In this document: piece after piece, positions 24,470-37,037 of the stretch | Layout: each line of letters begins with the position of its first letter | Position numbering within the stretch: the first letter of the stretch is position 1 | DNA from: Neoconidiobolus thromboides FSU 785 | Lineage: Eukaryota; Fungi; Entomophthoromycota | Assembly: GCA_025603075.1 (NCBI GenBank) | Contig: MU626301.1 | Location: forward strand, 1 to 64,000 | Length of the DNA stretch: 64,000 bases | Reading direction: 5' to 3' | The notes under the pieces: generated by a model | What the model saw: only the letters and a program-made list of their open reading frames with translations | The model's database searches: none | What the model was told of the DNA's origin: nothing | Translations under genes and position numbers: made by a program

Positions 24470-25871
24470 TCATTCTTTATCCTCTAAAACCTTAACTTCA
24501 CTCCGTGGTTTGTTTTGATTAATTGTGTTATAAATACTCAATGCCTAGAGATTTACGTTAACAATGAGAAATAAAATTGAAACATTAAATTTACCTGTGC
24601 GACCATACTTCCAACATCGTGGGATGAAGCAGGCACTACCACAGCTGTGCCTTTTTTAGCCAATTGTCCAAATGCTTCAACATATTTCTCAGCAACGGTT
24701 AGAGAAACTGCATCGGAACCCCCCTTGTTTTGTATACTTTTGGAAACCTTCTCAATTCCTGCGGCAGTGGCGGTAGCCCTCAATAAGATAGCATCTGACT
24801 CACCCTTAGCTTGGTTGATTTGTTGCATTTGAGAAGCTTCGGACTCTAAAATAAGTGCCTGTTTATGACCTTCAGCTACATTGATTTCGGCTTGACGACG
24901 ACCTATAGCTTTATTTAATATCTATCTCGGTCATAAAAAAAAAACTTACCTTCGGATTCCAAAATCTGAGCTCTTTTTGATCTCTCTGCAGAAACAAGTG
25001 AATGCATAGCTTGGACAACATTTTCTGGTGGGTGGATATCTCTAATTTCATATCTCAAACAACGGATTCCCCAAGACTCTGAAGCTGCGTTAATAGCTTC
25101 AACAATGTTGGAGTTAAGTCTGTTACGCTCAGCTAAAGTTAAGTCTAAAGTCATTTGACCAATTTCAGCTCTCATAGTAGTTTGTGCTAGTTGAGCAATG
25201 GAAAAATGGGCATCTTCAACACCATAAGAGGCCTTGGGTTAATGTTAATATCTTTTTGGAAAAAAAGGTTTTAGATTAAAACTTACCTTATAAGGGTCAA
25301 CTACTTTGTAATACAAGACACCATCCAAACGTAAGGTGACATTATCTTTTTAAGATTTAACAAAATGAAATGATAATTAAAGTGAAATTAAAATACCTTG
25401 CGTAATAGCGGTTTGAGTTGGGATGGCTACAGCCAACTCTTTTAACACATGGACATATTTGATACGATCCAGAACAGGAATAAGGAAGCAAAGCCCAGGT
25501 TCTAAAACAGTATGGAATTTACCCATCCTTTCAACGATCCAGGCTTCTTGTTGAGGTACGAATTTAACAATCTGAAAATATTCATTTAATATTATAATTA
25601 ACCAACAATTTACTACTTACTGTGTTTAAAGGTAACCTCTTTTGAGTTGCAGCAGGAAGTGTTACGTTGGAGCTACCTTCTGAAAAGTAGCGTGGTGGGC
25701 GGTCTTGGCCTGAGCTAAGATATTTTGGATAATACGAGTTTATAAGTACTCTGGTTAATGGTAAAGCTTTACGGGTAATTGAGCTATATGAAAGTTTCTT
25801 AAATGCGAACGTTAAATTCTGAAGTTAAATATATATTATGAACTTACTGGAGTTATTCGATTTGCTAACAT
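24470..25871 (-). CDS. STOML2: Stomatin-like protein 2 (SPFH/Band 7, mitochondrial), multi-exon
   Basis: VPQQEAWIVERMGKFH, LAQTTMRAEIG, WGIRCLRYEIRDIHPP, AERSKRAQILESEG, VAEKYVEAFGQLAK. ATG at 25871, TGA at 24470. Confidence 0.92.
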
Positions 25872-26899
25872 TTTTTTTGTGATTATCATTTTGGAAGAGA
25901 TAGGTTTTTATATTCTTTGAGTTTTTTTTTAAATTATTATGACATAATCGAATTTTGCTATAATAGCAAGCGCAGAAATTCAATTAATTTGTAATTTTAA
26001 ATAGGGCGGTCGAATAAACTTTCTAATTGTCATAAGAAAAATAACTTTTAATTAATAGGAAACCTTTGATCGTATCATAAGAAGGATCAATAGTTTATTT
26101 CTTGTAATATAGAACAAAAAAAGTTATACAAGGACATTGCGCAGTCATTTTAATTTTTATAAAGATCATAATAGAATAGCAAACAAGGCTGCTAATATTA
26201 AATCAATCAATCAAAACCCCTCATAAACTAAAGTAAATCTAAGAGAGATGATACCTATGGATAATTCTCTATAAAAATCGTATAATAAATTATTAAAATT
26301 TGATTCATTTACCTACAACTTTCTTTGAGCTTTTATATAGATTAAATGCTATAAAATTATTAAATATACCATTTTACTCTAATTCAATTTGAATAAATTC
26401 AGTTATAGCCTCATTAGACCTAATATATTTTCATATAACTATTTAGTAAATTCAATAAGAGTCAAACATTAAATCCTAATTATATAGAACAGAAGAATGA
26501 ATAAATTAATAGCTGTGATACATACGACGTACATATTTATTGCTAAGTTTTAATAATAAAATTGTTTTTATCAATTTGTTAATTGAATATTCTATATTAA
26601 CTAGAAATAAACCGTTCTACTACATAAAATGATAGTGCTAGTAAAATATAACCCTTATTGGTTATTAAAAATGGGCGGCAAAATGGTATCGGTGTTGACT
26701 TTTAAATGTTTGTTATTTTTTATGTTAATAATTATTATTTAATCAAAAACACATTCCCTTTATGATAATATTCTTAATTCAATTTTATAAAGTCATAATT
26801 TTATGTAAAGGAGGGAACTATCACGTTATTTTAAAATAATTTTGCTTTTAGTTTAAAATGACATTGGAGTTCAATTAGTGTCAATTATTTTATTATAAG

Positions 26900-27004
26900 A
26901 TATAAGGGTGATTTCTTAGTTTCATCACTTTTTCCATTTTTTAAGCACTATTTGAGTAGATAATAAATGCTAGTAAAATTCTTAAAAAATACATCCCCCC
27001 ATAT
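26900..27004 (-). mobile_element. MITE family A copy
   Basis: ATATAAGGGTG...TTCATCACTTTTTCCATTTTTTAAGCACTATTTGAG...AGTAAAATTCTTAAAAAATACATCCCC..ATAT. Confidence 0.85.
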
Positions 27005-27099
27005 ATTCAAACTACTAAACCAAGAAAATTGTTTAATCTACACTATTTAAATAAATATTTGTCTAAGATTATAAACAATGTTATAAAATTCAATTTATG

Positions 27100-28260
27100 A
27101 AGATTATAAAAAGTATAGTAGTTATCAATATAGATTCATCGAAGAAAATCGTCTATTAATAAAACATATGGATGTAGATTTCACCTCTGTTAAGGATCCA
27201 ATTGTTCAAATTTAATGTCTATAAATTATTTCAACTTTCTTTTTAGTTTTGATAACGATGATGAAAGGAGCTTTATATTGTTAAAATTAAAAAAACTGAC
27301 TGTAACTGGCTACAGTTATCGCCATACTTTTAAGTTATTCAAAAGTCATTTGAATTAAGTTAAAATATTCGAACTTATTGTGGACAATATGACTATTGAG
27401 GAGATTTTATTTATAAAGGATATTATTAAATATCTAGATCTAAACAAATTAAATGTCTTTAAAACAAATGTAGATGAAGGACTTTGCCTTGATGGATTAG
27501 AAATTATAAAAAAGGAATTTAATAGATTAAAGGTATTACATTTAATGGCAAGTATAATTTATAGTAATTATGATGAATTTAGTCCTGACTTTAGTTTTAC
27601 ATCTAATGTAGATTTAGAAATTAGCGAAGGAATAAATTTCGACATCGAAGAGTTAGGGAATTTAAAACAACTAAGAAGTATCAAATTGATATATTATTAT
27701 AGTGTACTTTTGAGTCCTAATGACAATGTTGAACATGATATGGAGATATGTTTTTGTATTTAAGAATTTTACTACAAATTTTTCTGCTCAAATAATGTCT
27801 AAAAGATGGAAAAAGTAGTGAAGCCAAAAAAAACCCTCATGTTGTAAATCTAGCAGAGAGTAGTAATATCTATACTTTAGCTTATTTTAGTTTCATACAT
27901 TAAAGTCAATAATACTTTTTTAAAACTATCATCATTAAAAGAAATTTATATTAGCAAATCTCTCTGATTCCTAATATTCAAACCCTTCGGTTTCATAAAC
28001 TTGATTTAAGCGTTAGAAATATATATAAGAAACTATCTTTGAATAGTGATGAATTGAATAAAAAATACAATTTACTTCAATGTAACTTATATAAAAAAAA
28101 TCAAAATTGTTATTTTATATTACATTTAAAAAGATTAGATATTTCTTATTCCTCTTCCTAAACCTCAAAGTATTGACTATTAAGAACTTTCATCTAAAAG
28201 GTAAATATATAAAGACTGGTTATAAACTAATGACTTTTTTGTTTTTTATTACACCTAGTA
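27100..28260 (+). pseudogene. Decayed LRR (F-box/RNI-like) gene interrupted by a MITE
   Basis: LRR-like fragments (LNKLNVF, FNRLKVLHL, LKQLRSIKL) lie before the MITE at 27738, and LSSLKEIYIS and LNLKVLTI lie after it. Stops and frame breaks separate the fragments. Confidence 0.55.
27738..27842 (+). mobile_element. MITE family A copy
   Basis: ATATGGAGATATG...TAAGAATTTTACTACAAATT...GATGGAAAAAGTAGTGAAGCCAAAAAAAACCCTCATGT. Confidence 0.85.
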
Positions 28261-28778
28261 CTAAGGAAACGAAGGTAGCTATTTGTAAGAATCTAGACAA
28301 TATCTCTTATGTTTAATTGGTTGAAGTTATAAAAATGATTTTAGCTTTTCTTGAAGTTTGATGCTTATGATTCATTATCTAAATTTCATAACTTTTTGAT
28401 ATAGTCAAAGTTAATCCCAACCGCTAAAAAATTGAAGATTAAATCATACATAAGGTGGTTTAATCTTAATAATTAAATTTAATCCTAATAAAAATTTAAT
28501 GATTGATTAATTAATTACAATAAATTAATCAGGTGCTCTCAAATATAAAAACTATAGCATTTTAAATGAATAGTAATAAAATAGAATATACAATGAGAAA
28601 ACAATTCCAACAACATGGTAAAGAAAATTAAAAAATAATTATATTAAAATACACATTAATTTAAAATACATAACATTTTATTAAAGTTCCATATTCGAAC
28701 TTAATATAGAAAAGGTAAGGGGAAGGTAATTTTTTGAAACTAGGCTCATTAAAAATGATACTAGTAGATAAAGGGAAA

Positions 28779-29303
28779 TTAATTAGATTTTGATCTTAAT
28801 TTTGGTAAGCAATGAGGAGCAGATCTTAATAAAAGTAAAGAATGAATAACATCCACTTCATCTGGAGTTAATGTATTTGGAAGTTCAGAAGGAGTAGCAG
28901 TAGTGGTAGTAATTGAACTTACAGTAATTGAAGTAGCTGTAGTAGTTGTAGTGGCAGTATTGATTTTGCTTTTATTTTCTTTATCATTACTATTAGTATC
29001 TATCTCATCATCTTCATCATCAATCGTTTGTTCTTTAAATAATCTTTTTTGTAACCTTAAATAACATTGTTGTTGAATCCAATCTTCTTTATAATACCCA
29101 TAGATCTCTAAACTACGTTTACGTACCCTAGCTTTTAAATCATTCATACGATTGGCTTGTGGATTTTTATTACGATTTCTTTGCTTACGGAGCCGCGCTT
29201 TACGTCTTTTTTCTTCTTTTGCAGACTCATCATTTTGGTTACGTGAAGTTTTCTTGGTTGTATCAAGGGCATTTGGTGGTTCTTCATGGGTAATAAACGA
29301 CAT
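28779..29303 (-). CDS. Small basic hypothetical protein, intronless (possible nucleic-acid-binding factor)
   Basis: 174-aa ORF with higher GC than its flanks: an Arg/Lys-rich helix (EEKRRKARLRKQRNRNK), then an acidic/Thr-rich linker and a DVIHSLLLL motif. Confidence 0.6.
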   Translation of the reverse strand: MSFITHEEPPNALDTTKKTSRNQNDESAKEEKRRKARLRKQRNRNKNPQANRMNDLKARVRKRSLEIYGYYKEDWIQQQCYLRLQKRLFKEQTIDDEDDEIDTNSNDKENKSKINTATTTTTATSITVSSITTTTATPSELPNTLTPDEVDVIHSLLLLRSAPHCLPKLRSKSN

Positions 29304-29357
29304 AGCTGAAAGGTAGTTACAAATTGACTCAAATTTAAACTGTGGCTAGGTAAACTA

Positions 29358-29554
29358 CCAATTCAGTTGAAAACCAGATGGGGAAATGGACTTTAAAAAA
29401 CAAAGTTAAATCTTGGAATTGGATTGAATTTGAGTATTAATATGGATTTTGCCTACTTTTTTTCTCTAAACTTTATTTGACAGTCACGAAAATTGTTGGG
29501 GTTAAAGTGATTGGCTCCCATCAAGCCATTAGAGTTGTAATGAAAGATGATTGG
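29358..29554 (-). promoter_or_regulatory. Cluster of CCAAT boxes upstream of the 29303 ORF
   Basis: CCAAT/ATTGG at 29358, 29418, 29510 and 29550; the last two are identical GATTGGCT 8-mers 40 bp apart. Confidence 0.35.
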
Positions 29555-30499
29555 CTGACGATGAGAATCATAAGATGCTGTGCTTTAGAAATTTCTAGAA
29601 TTTATATTAGTAAACTACTTAAGGATAACCCTTATGATCTTATAAACTAGGTCAGACTTACTCACTATTATTGCTACAAAAATTTAATGAAATCCATGCT
29701 TTAATACATTGTATTATTACTTATTTTTAAGTTAATAGTATTTTTTATTTTATTTTAACTAAAATATGTTATCTAAGACTTGATTTAATTTATGGGATAG
29801 ATTATCTATGATGTAAATTTGGGGTGGTCAACTTCAATTACAAATTAGTAAATACCAGAAAAGTTGAAAAATTAAAGATTAGATTTTATATCAAAGATAA
29901 TATATTATAAAACTATAATATACATATACAATAATCTAAGTACCTTTTTGTAGCACTATTGTATTATAGTGGCGTGAGAGATTATGTTCATAAATTTAAT
30001 AATAATTTTATTATTTATTTAAGCCTGTTATTATTCTTATTAAAATTAAACTAATTAAGCTATATTATTAAGTTTCTAATTTAATTAAACTTTGTTTTAA
30101 AGTGATAGTGTAACAAAATAATTCTGGTAGTAAAATTAATAGATTTTATATATTACCATTTAATAATTATGATGTTTATTTATGTAATAATAATTATATA
30201 TCGAATATAAATAACTCTAACAATTGATAGGATTATAAACTAAAACAATAAATCTAATTATAAAATATTCTAAATATAAAACTTTGAATTAAGCTAAATA
30301 CCATCTTGTTATTACAACTTCATTCAATTAAATATAGGAACTTTTTCTAATTAATTATAAGTAGAGCAGCTATATTTACATTTGTGATAGATATAATAAA
30401 TAACAAAGCAATATTAAAGCTAGAATTGATTTTTTGTGTGTTCACCTTTTAACTACTTGGTTGAAACTATTTGTAAATTTTTTGTGCTAAAATGTAGTT

Positions 30500-31362
30500 G
30501 TTATAACCCAATTATGAAGAGAAGGAATTAATCAATTAAAAATCAAACCTAGACACTAATTCTACTAATAATCTTCCTATTCAAGTAGCACTTCAAGAAG
30601 TGGAAAAAGTGATGAAACTAATTATTAAAATTCAAACATAAAAATTCTCAAAACATCTTCAGATAGTAATTGAGAGAATTTTTAAGTTTTTTAAAAAATC
30701 AATAGAATTCAGATCTTTGTTTTATTGGGCTAAATTAGATTAGCTTAATACATTATTTTAATACTAGCAAGAAAAGTTAAGATGAATTTAAGGTTGTTTG
30801 TATTCAAAGAGTTAATAAATCGAAAATAAGCACTAATTTTGAGCTCCACCAATGAGATTCCTTATAATATCACTTACCAAAATTGTCCATTTCAAAAATA
30901 AAATCAATTCTAATATACTTTTGATTTCTTTACAAAATAAAATGATTTTGATTTTAGTTTATTTTACTCATCATTTGTATCAACCTGATTTTCATTTATT
31001 TGATATTTACAATAGTGTATATTTATATTATATATCTCAAAATTTTATCAATTCTTCTGATGAAAAAATCATTCAAGATGCTATTAATATGTATACATTA
31101 GCTTATATTAATATTGAGTTTTTTTTTAATAATTGTTATTGATAAACAGTCTTTTATAGATGATACACTGAAGTTAATTTATTCCGAAAAACATAGTAAG
31201 GATATCATTACCTTTCGATGTTATTCGGAGTATTTAAATGATATATATGCAGCTTATGAGTTTGACAATGATTTTGATGAAGGTATTAAATTGGAATTTA
31301 AAAAACAAAATTATAATGACAAATATAAGAAAAATGTAGAATTGGGCAGTTATCAAAAATAG
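30500..31362 (+). pseudogene. Possible decayed coding region
   Basis: Broken ORF fragments (30852-31142, 31114-31362) with protein-like composition. No family recognised. Confidence 0.25.
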
Positions 31363-31700
31363 ATTATAATTCATAATAATGAAATTTATCTTCCTTTCAT
31401 GCTTTGTATATTAAAGCTTTAATATTGAATTTTTTAATAAAATATTGATTATACTGTACTATTGTTTGTTTTTGGTGTTGTTTTATTATTAAATGAACTA
31501 AATCAAGGAATGAAATAATATTTTAACGAATTGAGCTCAAACATAATATCAAACAATAATCTAAATTTTATCTTCAATAGTAACTCATTTATTAACCTCA
31601 TCCTAATTTGTTAAAAAAAATACATTTTATCTTCTGCTCCACTTACTATAAACTCATGTTAAAAATTTTATTCCATTCGGAATGCCTATCATTTTTAGTT

Positions 31701-32378
31701 TTATTCCCTCTTTTCTTTTTTAACCTGAATACCATTCTCCTCTTCTTCTCCCTTTCTTTTGTTTACATTCCTATTATTATCATTATTTAACAATTCCATA
31801 TAGCCATCAACAATTTTAGGATCACATTCTAAAGCTCTTATACAATTTAACTAGAGAAATAAAGTATTATAATAGAAAGAAAGAATTAAAATGGTTAAAA
31901 TATTATATCTATATAAAAAGAAATAAAATAAAAGACTTACCAATAAAATATGCATTTGGTCACATACATTTTCAAAATACTTATAATCTTCTAATATGTT
32001 GCTTATTTTATCGGTTAAAAATTCATCATATTCTTCTTTGGTTAAAGTGCTAAAAGATGATAAATTTATTAATATAAATCCACTTTCTCTTTTTTATAAC
32101 TCCTTATAAAAGAAGTACTTACCCATTCTTATAATTTAAGGTATCTTCCGCTATCTTTGTAGTTAAGTTTATGACATTCTAAATTGATTAATTTTATTAT
32201 GTTATATTAAATCTTAATTGAGTGTTATAAATGTTAAATTTACTTCAAATATAATATTTAACTCTTTAACTTCTTTTAGTAATGGTCCATTAGTTTCCTC
32301 ATTACTTGTATTAGAATCTCCAGAATCAGTATGGTCTAAATCAATAGTTGATAAATCAATATTTGTAATGGAAGACAT
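31701..32378 (-). CDS. Small multi-exon protein, weakly Mediator Med29/Med2-like
   Basis: ATG at 32378, canonical GTAAGT introns, TAA at 31701. The spliced segment KISNILEDYKYFENVCDQMHILLLNCIRALE resembles the Med29 F..xCDQ..L motif. The identity is uncertain. Confidence 0.55.
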
Positions 32379-32499
32379 TTGAAATGGTGATTTTATTAAA
32401 GTTGAAACGAGATAAAGTGAAATTAAGTTTTTGAACTTAAAGAATAATCAAAATTAAATAAACGTTTGAAATAAAAATTAACTTTTTAACAAAATCAAA

Positions 32500-35400
32500 A
32501 TGAAATCAAAAACTAAAAGAAAACAAAAGGACACAAATAAGCCAACAAAAGATACATTTGAACCTAATTTTATCACTCATGGTTCCACAGGCCAATTGAA
32601 TTTTAATATTGATTTATTAGCTAATAAACAAGAAAATGTTATCAATTTAAATTTTAAAAATCAATCAAAAGGTAATTTAAATTGAAATTTAATTCAAATT
32701 TAAATTAATTAAATAAAAGGGAATATTGAATATTACAAGCCAAGCACTGATATAGTAAAACTATATCCCAGTATCCGTCCTAATAAGCCAAGAAGATTTT
32801 TAAAACCGAATAAAAAAGAATTAAAAACTATGGTAATTTAAATTAATTCACTTGATATCTAATGGTTTATATTTTTATTTAGATAAATTCAATACCTTCT
32901 TTAAGAGATGATTTATGTTTTTCAAAAGATTTGATTACCGATTATCTATTAGAAGAAGAAATTAATACTTTCAATAATACATTATTTGACCCAATATTGG
33001 GTAATCAGTTATGTTTATTTACTATTAATAATCATAAATTACTTGCTTTTCCAGATGGTCAATTGGCTTTAGATTTGCGTAGGTAACTTTCATTAATATA
33101 TTATTTATATTATTTATATTATTTATATTATTATAAATAAGCACATAAACTGATATATAATATTCGTACTATTAGGTATAGAACTATTAGATTCCAACTT
33201 AGAAATGAATAAAAAAAAGAAGTCAATAATAGTTTATAAATCAAATACAAGAATCTTACAAATTAATAATCAAAATAATTTAATTTGTATTCGAACAATG
33301 TCTGGATTTATAATAATTGAAATTGATATTATAAAAGATAAAATTATTATAAAAAATAAACAAGAATTTCCAGTACAAGAGAGTATCTTTGATATTAATT
33401 TTAATCCATTAATTCAAGATGAAATTATTACAATGGATAATAAATTAAATATTAAATTATTTGATATTTCATTAGATGATAAAAGGTATTTGAATTATTA
33501 TACTATATTATATTATATTATATTATATTATATTATATTATATTATATTATATTATATCATTATTTTAATTTATTTTATTAATGTATTTATTTCTAGTAA
33601 TCAACTGATTCAATCCCCTTGGGAAAATTATAATGAATTAAATCAAAGCATTCGATCTTTAGGTAATTGTAGAATCATACAAAATCCAAGAACTTTTATA
33701 GTTGGAAATCAAAAATCATTATTTATATTAGATAGTAGAGTAAGTAACTAATATTATTGATATTATTATTAATAACAATGATAATATTATTTTATCTTGT
33801 TAGACTCATTTACCTAAGATGCAAACAATCGAAGTTAAAAAAAGTGATTTATATTATGGATTTGATACACATCAAAATAAATATACAATAGCGACATCCA
33901 ATCAAAATGGATATAGTATATATGATTTAAGATATTTTAAAAAGCAAGTATTTCATTGGAAATATTCAATTAATTCTATTGCTAGACCTAATATTCAATT
34001 TCATTATAAAAATCAATTATTAAGAGATACAGGTAATACTACCATTATTATTAAATCTATTATAACTAATATTAATAATATTACTATATTAGATTGTTTA
34101 AGTACATGGGGTAATTATGGGGACATCAATATTCATCCAATAACATTTGATGATGAAACTATTAATATAACAATGGATCCATTTAGTATTAACAACTACT
34201 ATAAATATAATAGTTATAATGAAGACAACAATAATTTATTAAGTAGTGAATTAAGTTATTACCCAAATAATACATTAGCTCATCAACAATATTGGCAAAA
34301 TCCAACTGTACCTTTCTTAAATGGAGTTTCTTTATTAAGTAAAGAAAACCATAATGATAATAATAAACAAATATTTGAAGTATTTACTTATTTTGAAGAT
34401 GGTAGTATTTATAAAGTTGACTATGAAAAGTATAACGTAGATGAGAGTCATAATGAAACTATTGTTAATAATATTAGTAATGAAATTAATGTGACGGATA
34501 ATTTAACAAATAATGAAATTGAGTTACAGAAAAATGCAATAAATAAAATGGTAAATAACATTCCTTTTGAATATGCCCATACAGTGGATTTAAATCAGTT
34601 TGTGGATGGTAAGTTTAAACTGCTATTTACTAATATTATTATTTACTAATATTATTACTTTTAGAATGTATTGCTGAAAGTTTAAAATTATGTAATATAA
34701 TTAAAGATGAAGACGAAGATGAACAAAATAGGAATTCAAATGGAATATCGAATATAAAATTAAATGGTATAATAAATCCAATTTCAAGGTAAATTATTTG
34801 ATTTATTATAATTTAATGTAATTACTTAATTATTTAATTAGATATGAATTAGATGATGATGATAATAATAATAATATAAACATAACTGAAATTAATACTC
34901 CGCCTACAATAACAACTCAAAATCAAACCATATTGACAACAAAATCTTTATTTACTAATACAACCCCGGATCTGGAATTAACACAATATAAACTCCCTTT
35001 AACTCCTAATCCTTCAATAGACTCTACACAATCACATAATATTAATACATTTACAACCAAATCTACTAATTTGTTATCTACACATTTAAAACAAAGTTTA
35101 ATAACTTATCAAATCGAACCTAATAAATTGACCCAGAATATTAATGAAATTATACAACCTACAGAAACTTATGAAAAATTAGAATTAGTTTGGAATAATA
35201 ACGAAGTTTCAGATGCTACTGATGGAGAAGTTGAAAATGAAGAAGAAGAAGGGAATTATGATAATAGTATAAGAGATGAGGAAGAAAGCGAAGTTAATGT
35301 TGATAATAGAAATAATATATTACCACCTGTTATTAGTTCACAAAAAAATAAAGTTATATCACAAGTAATTAATTCTCAAAAGAAACATTACAATACTAGA

Positions 35401-35598
35401 TTAAGTCAATTTAACAATGAAAATACTAATAACAATTATTCGTCACAAATTAGTGTAGTTGAAAATAGATTTAAAGAACCTACAATGACTCAACCATTAC
35501 CTTATTTATCTCAATTAAAATTAGAGCCAATGTCTAATTCTCAGCCGTTATCAAGAGCAACAACAATACGTAAAAAAGTTCGGAAATCTGGATTTTAA
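32500..35598 (+). CDS. RRN6: RNA polymerase I core factor subunit Rrn6/TAF1C-like, multi-exon
   Basis: Beta-propeller-like exons (IFDINFNP, LYILDSR, YSIYDLRY) followed by an S/Q-rich tail ending ..SQPLS..RKKVRKSGF*, as typical of fungal Rrn6 C-termini. Confidence 0.65.
33504..33558. repeat. (TATAT)n microsatellite in an intron
   Basis: About 11 tandem TATAT units. A similar tract lies at about 7328-7370 in a GUP1 intron. Confidence 0.9.
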
Positions 35599-35817
35599 AA
35601 CAATATATGGATTTGTATATTTTTGATATGTTTATATAGAGAATTTAAATCTATTTTTTTATAATAAAAAATAAACTTAATTTATGAGATCATTCGAGCG
35701 TTAATAATTCTTATTTTTATATAAAACAAAAAGTATATAAAATAAGAATTTAAAATAAATAAACATTCTTTTAAATATTTTATAAGTTTATATATTCTCT
35801 TTCTTTTCTTTTTCATT

Positions 35818-36408
35818 TTATGGTAATTTTAAAAATTGGATTTCTATATGAATACTAGAAACATTCCTTACTCTTGTTTCAATATCTTCTTCCTAAATAA
35901 TAATAATAAGTTTAATAATCATGTAATCTTAGACTAAAAATAAATCCTTTACCTCATCTTCAGGTGTTAAATCTTCAATCACCTTTGTTGTATCTGTAGT
36001 AATTTTTAATTGTGGTTTAAATTCTTCAAATTGGGTTTCTAGCATTAAGGCCAACTGAACTGTATTTAAAGTACAAGAACCAAGACCATGTAAAGATAAT
36101 TTTGGTAATCTATTTATAATTAAAATAAAATAAAATGAAATCAATAGAAACAAAAACAAAAATAATATTAAATATCATAAATACTATTTACCTTTTTTCA
36201 ATTAATCCTTTTTTAACTTGTAAATATAAATACTTCAACTTAGTTTTTTTTGTAATATAAATATCCTCTAAAGTTTGACTTGGCTTTACGGGTAATCGAC
36301 TATTGATTTCAAGGATTCCAGAGGGCTAACTCTATTAGCAAACTTTTCAAGTTTTTTAAAATATCAATTTACTTTCTGTTTTCTCGGTATTACTTGTTGT
36401 TTTGGCAT
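35818..36408 (-). CDS. POP7: RNase P/MRP subunit Pop7/Rpp20 (Alba fold), multi-exon
   Basis: Spliced product MPKQQ...SRLPVKP...LSLHGLGSCTLNTVQLAL...TTDTTKVIEDLTPEDE...RVRNVSSIHIEI matches Rpp20 (IYIHGLG.AI..AI.IAL; TSTVELVDELEPE; RNNSAIHI). Confidence 0.85.
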
Positions 36409-37037
36409 TTGACTTTGTTATGAAGTTAAAAATGTAATGTTTGGAGATTTTAAAGTGGGATTAAATTAATTGAAATACAAAATCTATTTAAATCAATAAA
36501 TCGAATTTATTTTAAAAAAAGAGTAAATTAAATAGAAATTTTAAGAAATAATATACTTTAATTAGAATTTTTTTATATAAAATTAATTATAGTACCAGCT
36601 TAATAAAAGCATTTAATTATCTCATAAATAAATCTAATTCTTAGTTGAAATTTCACTACAATTTTTAAAAATAGATTAAAACTAAAGTCTAAAAGATAAG
36701 AAGATTAAATGATTAAAAGAATGTTTTAAGTTATTTACCTTTTATCTCTATTAAAAAGTGATTCTAATTTAATGAGCTCAACAATTGAAAGAAAAGGTAT
36801 TTAAGATTAGTGATACTTAAATAACTGAAGCATTAAAAATTTATTTTTATTTTATAAAAAATCAATACGTAACTCTAAAGCTATCACTATTTAAAGCTCA
36901 AAAAAATTAATAATTGAAGTATTTATTATTCTCTTTTTTAAAATAAATGATATCAATAATAATAAAAGATGAAAGCAAAAGAAGAAACACAATATCAATT
37001 TTTATTATATAAAAATAAACAGGTGATAATTCATAAT

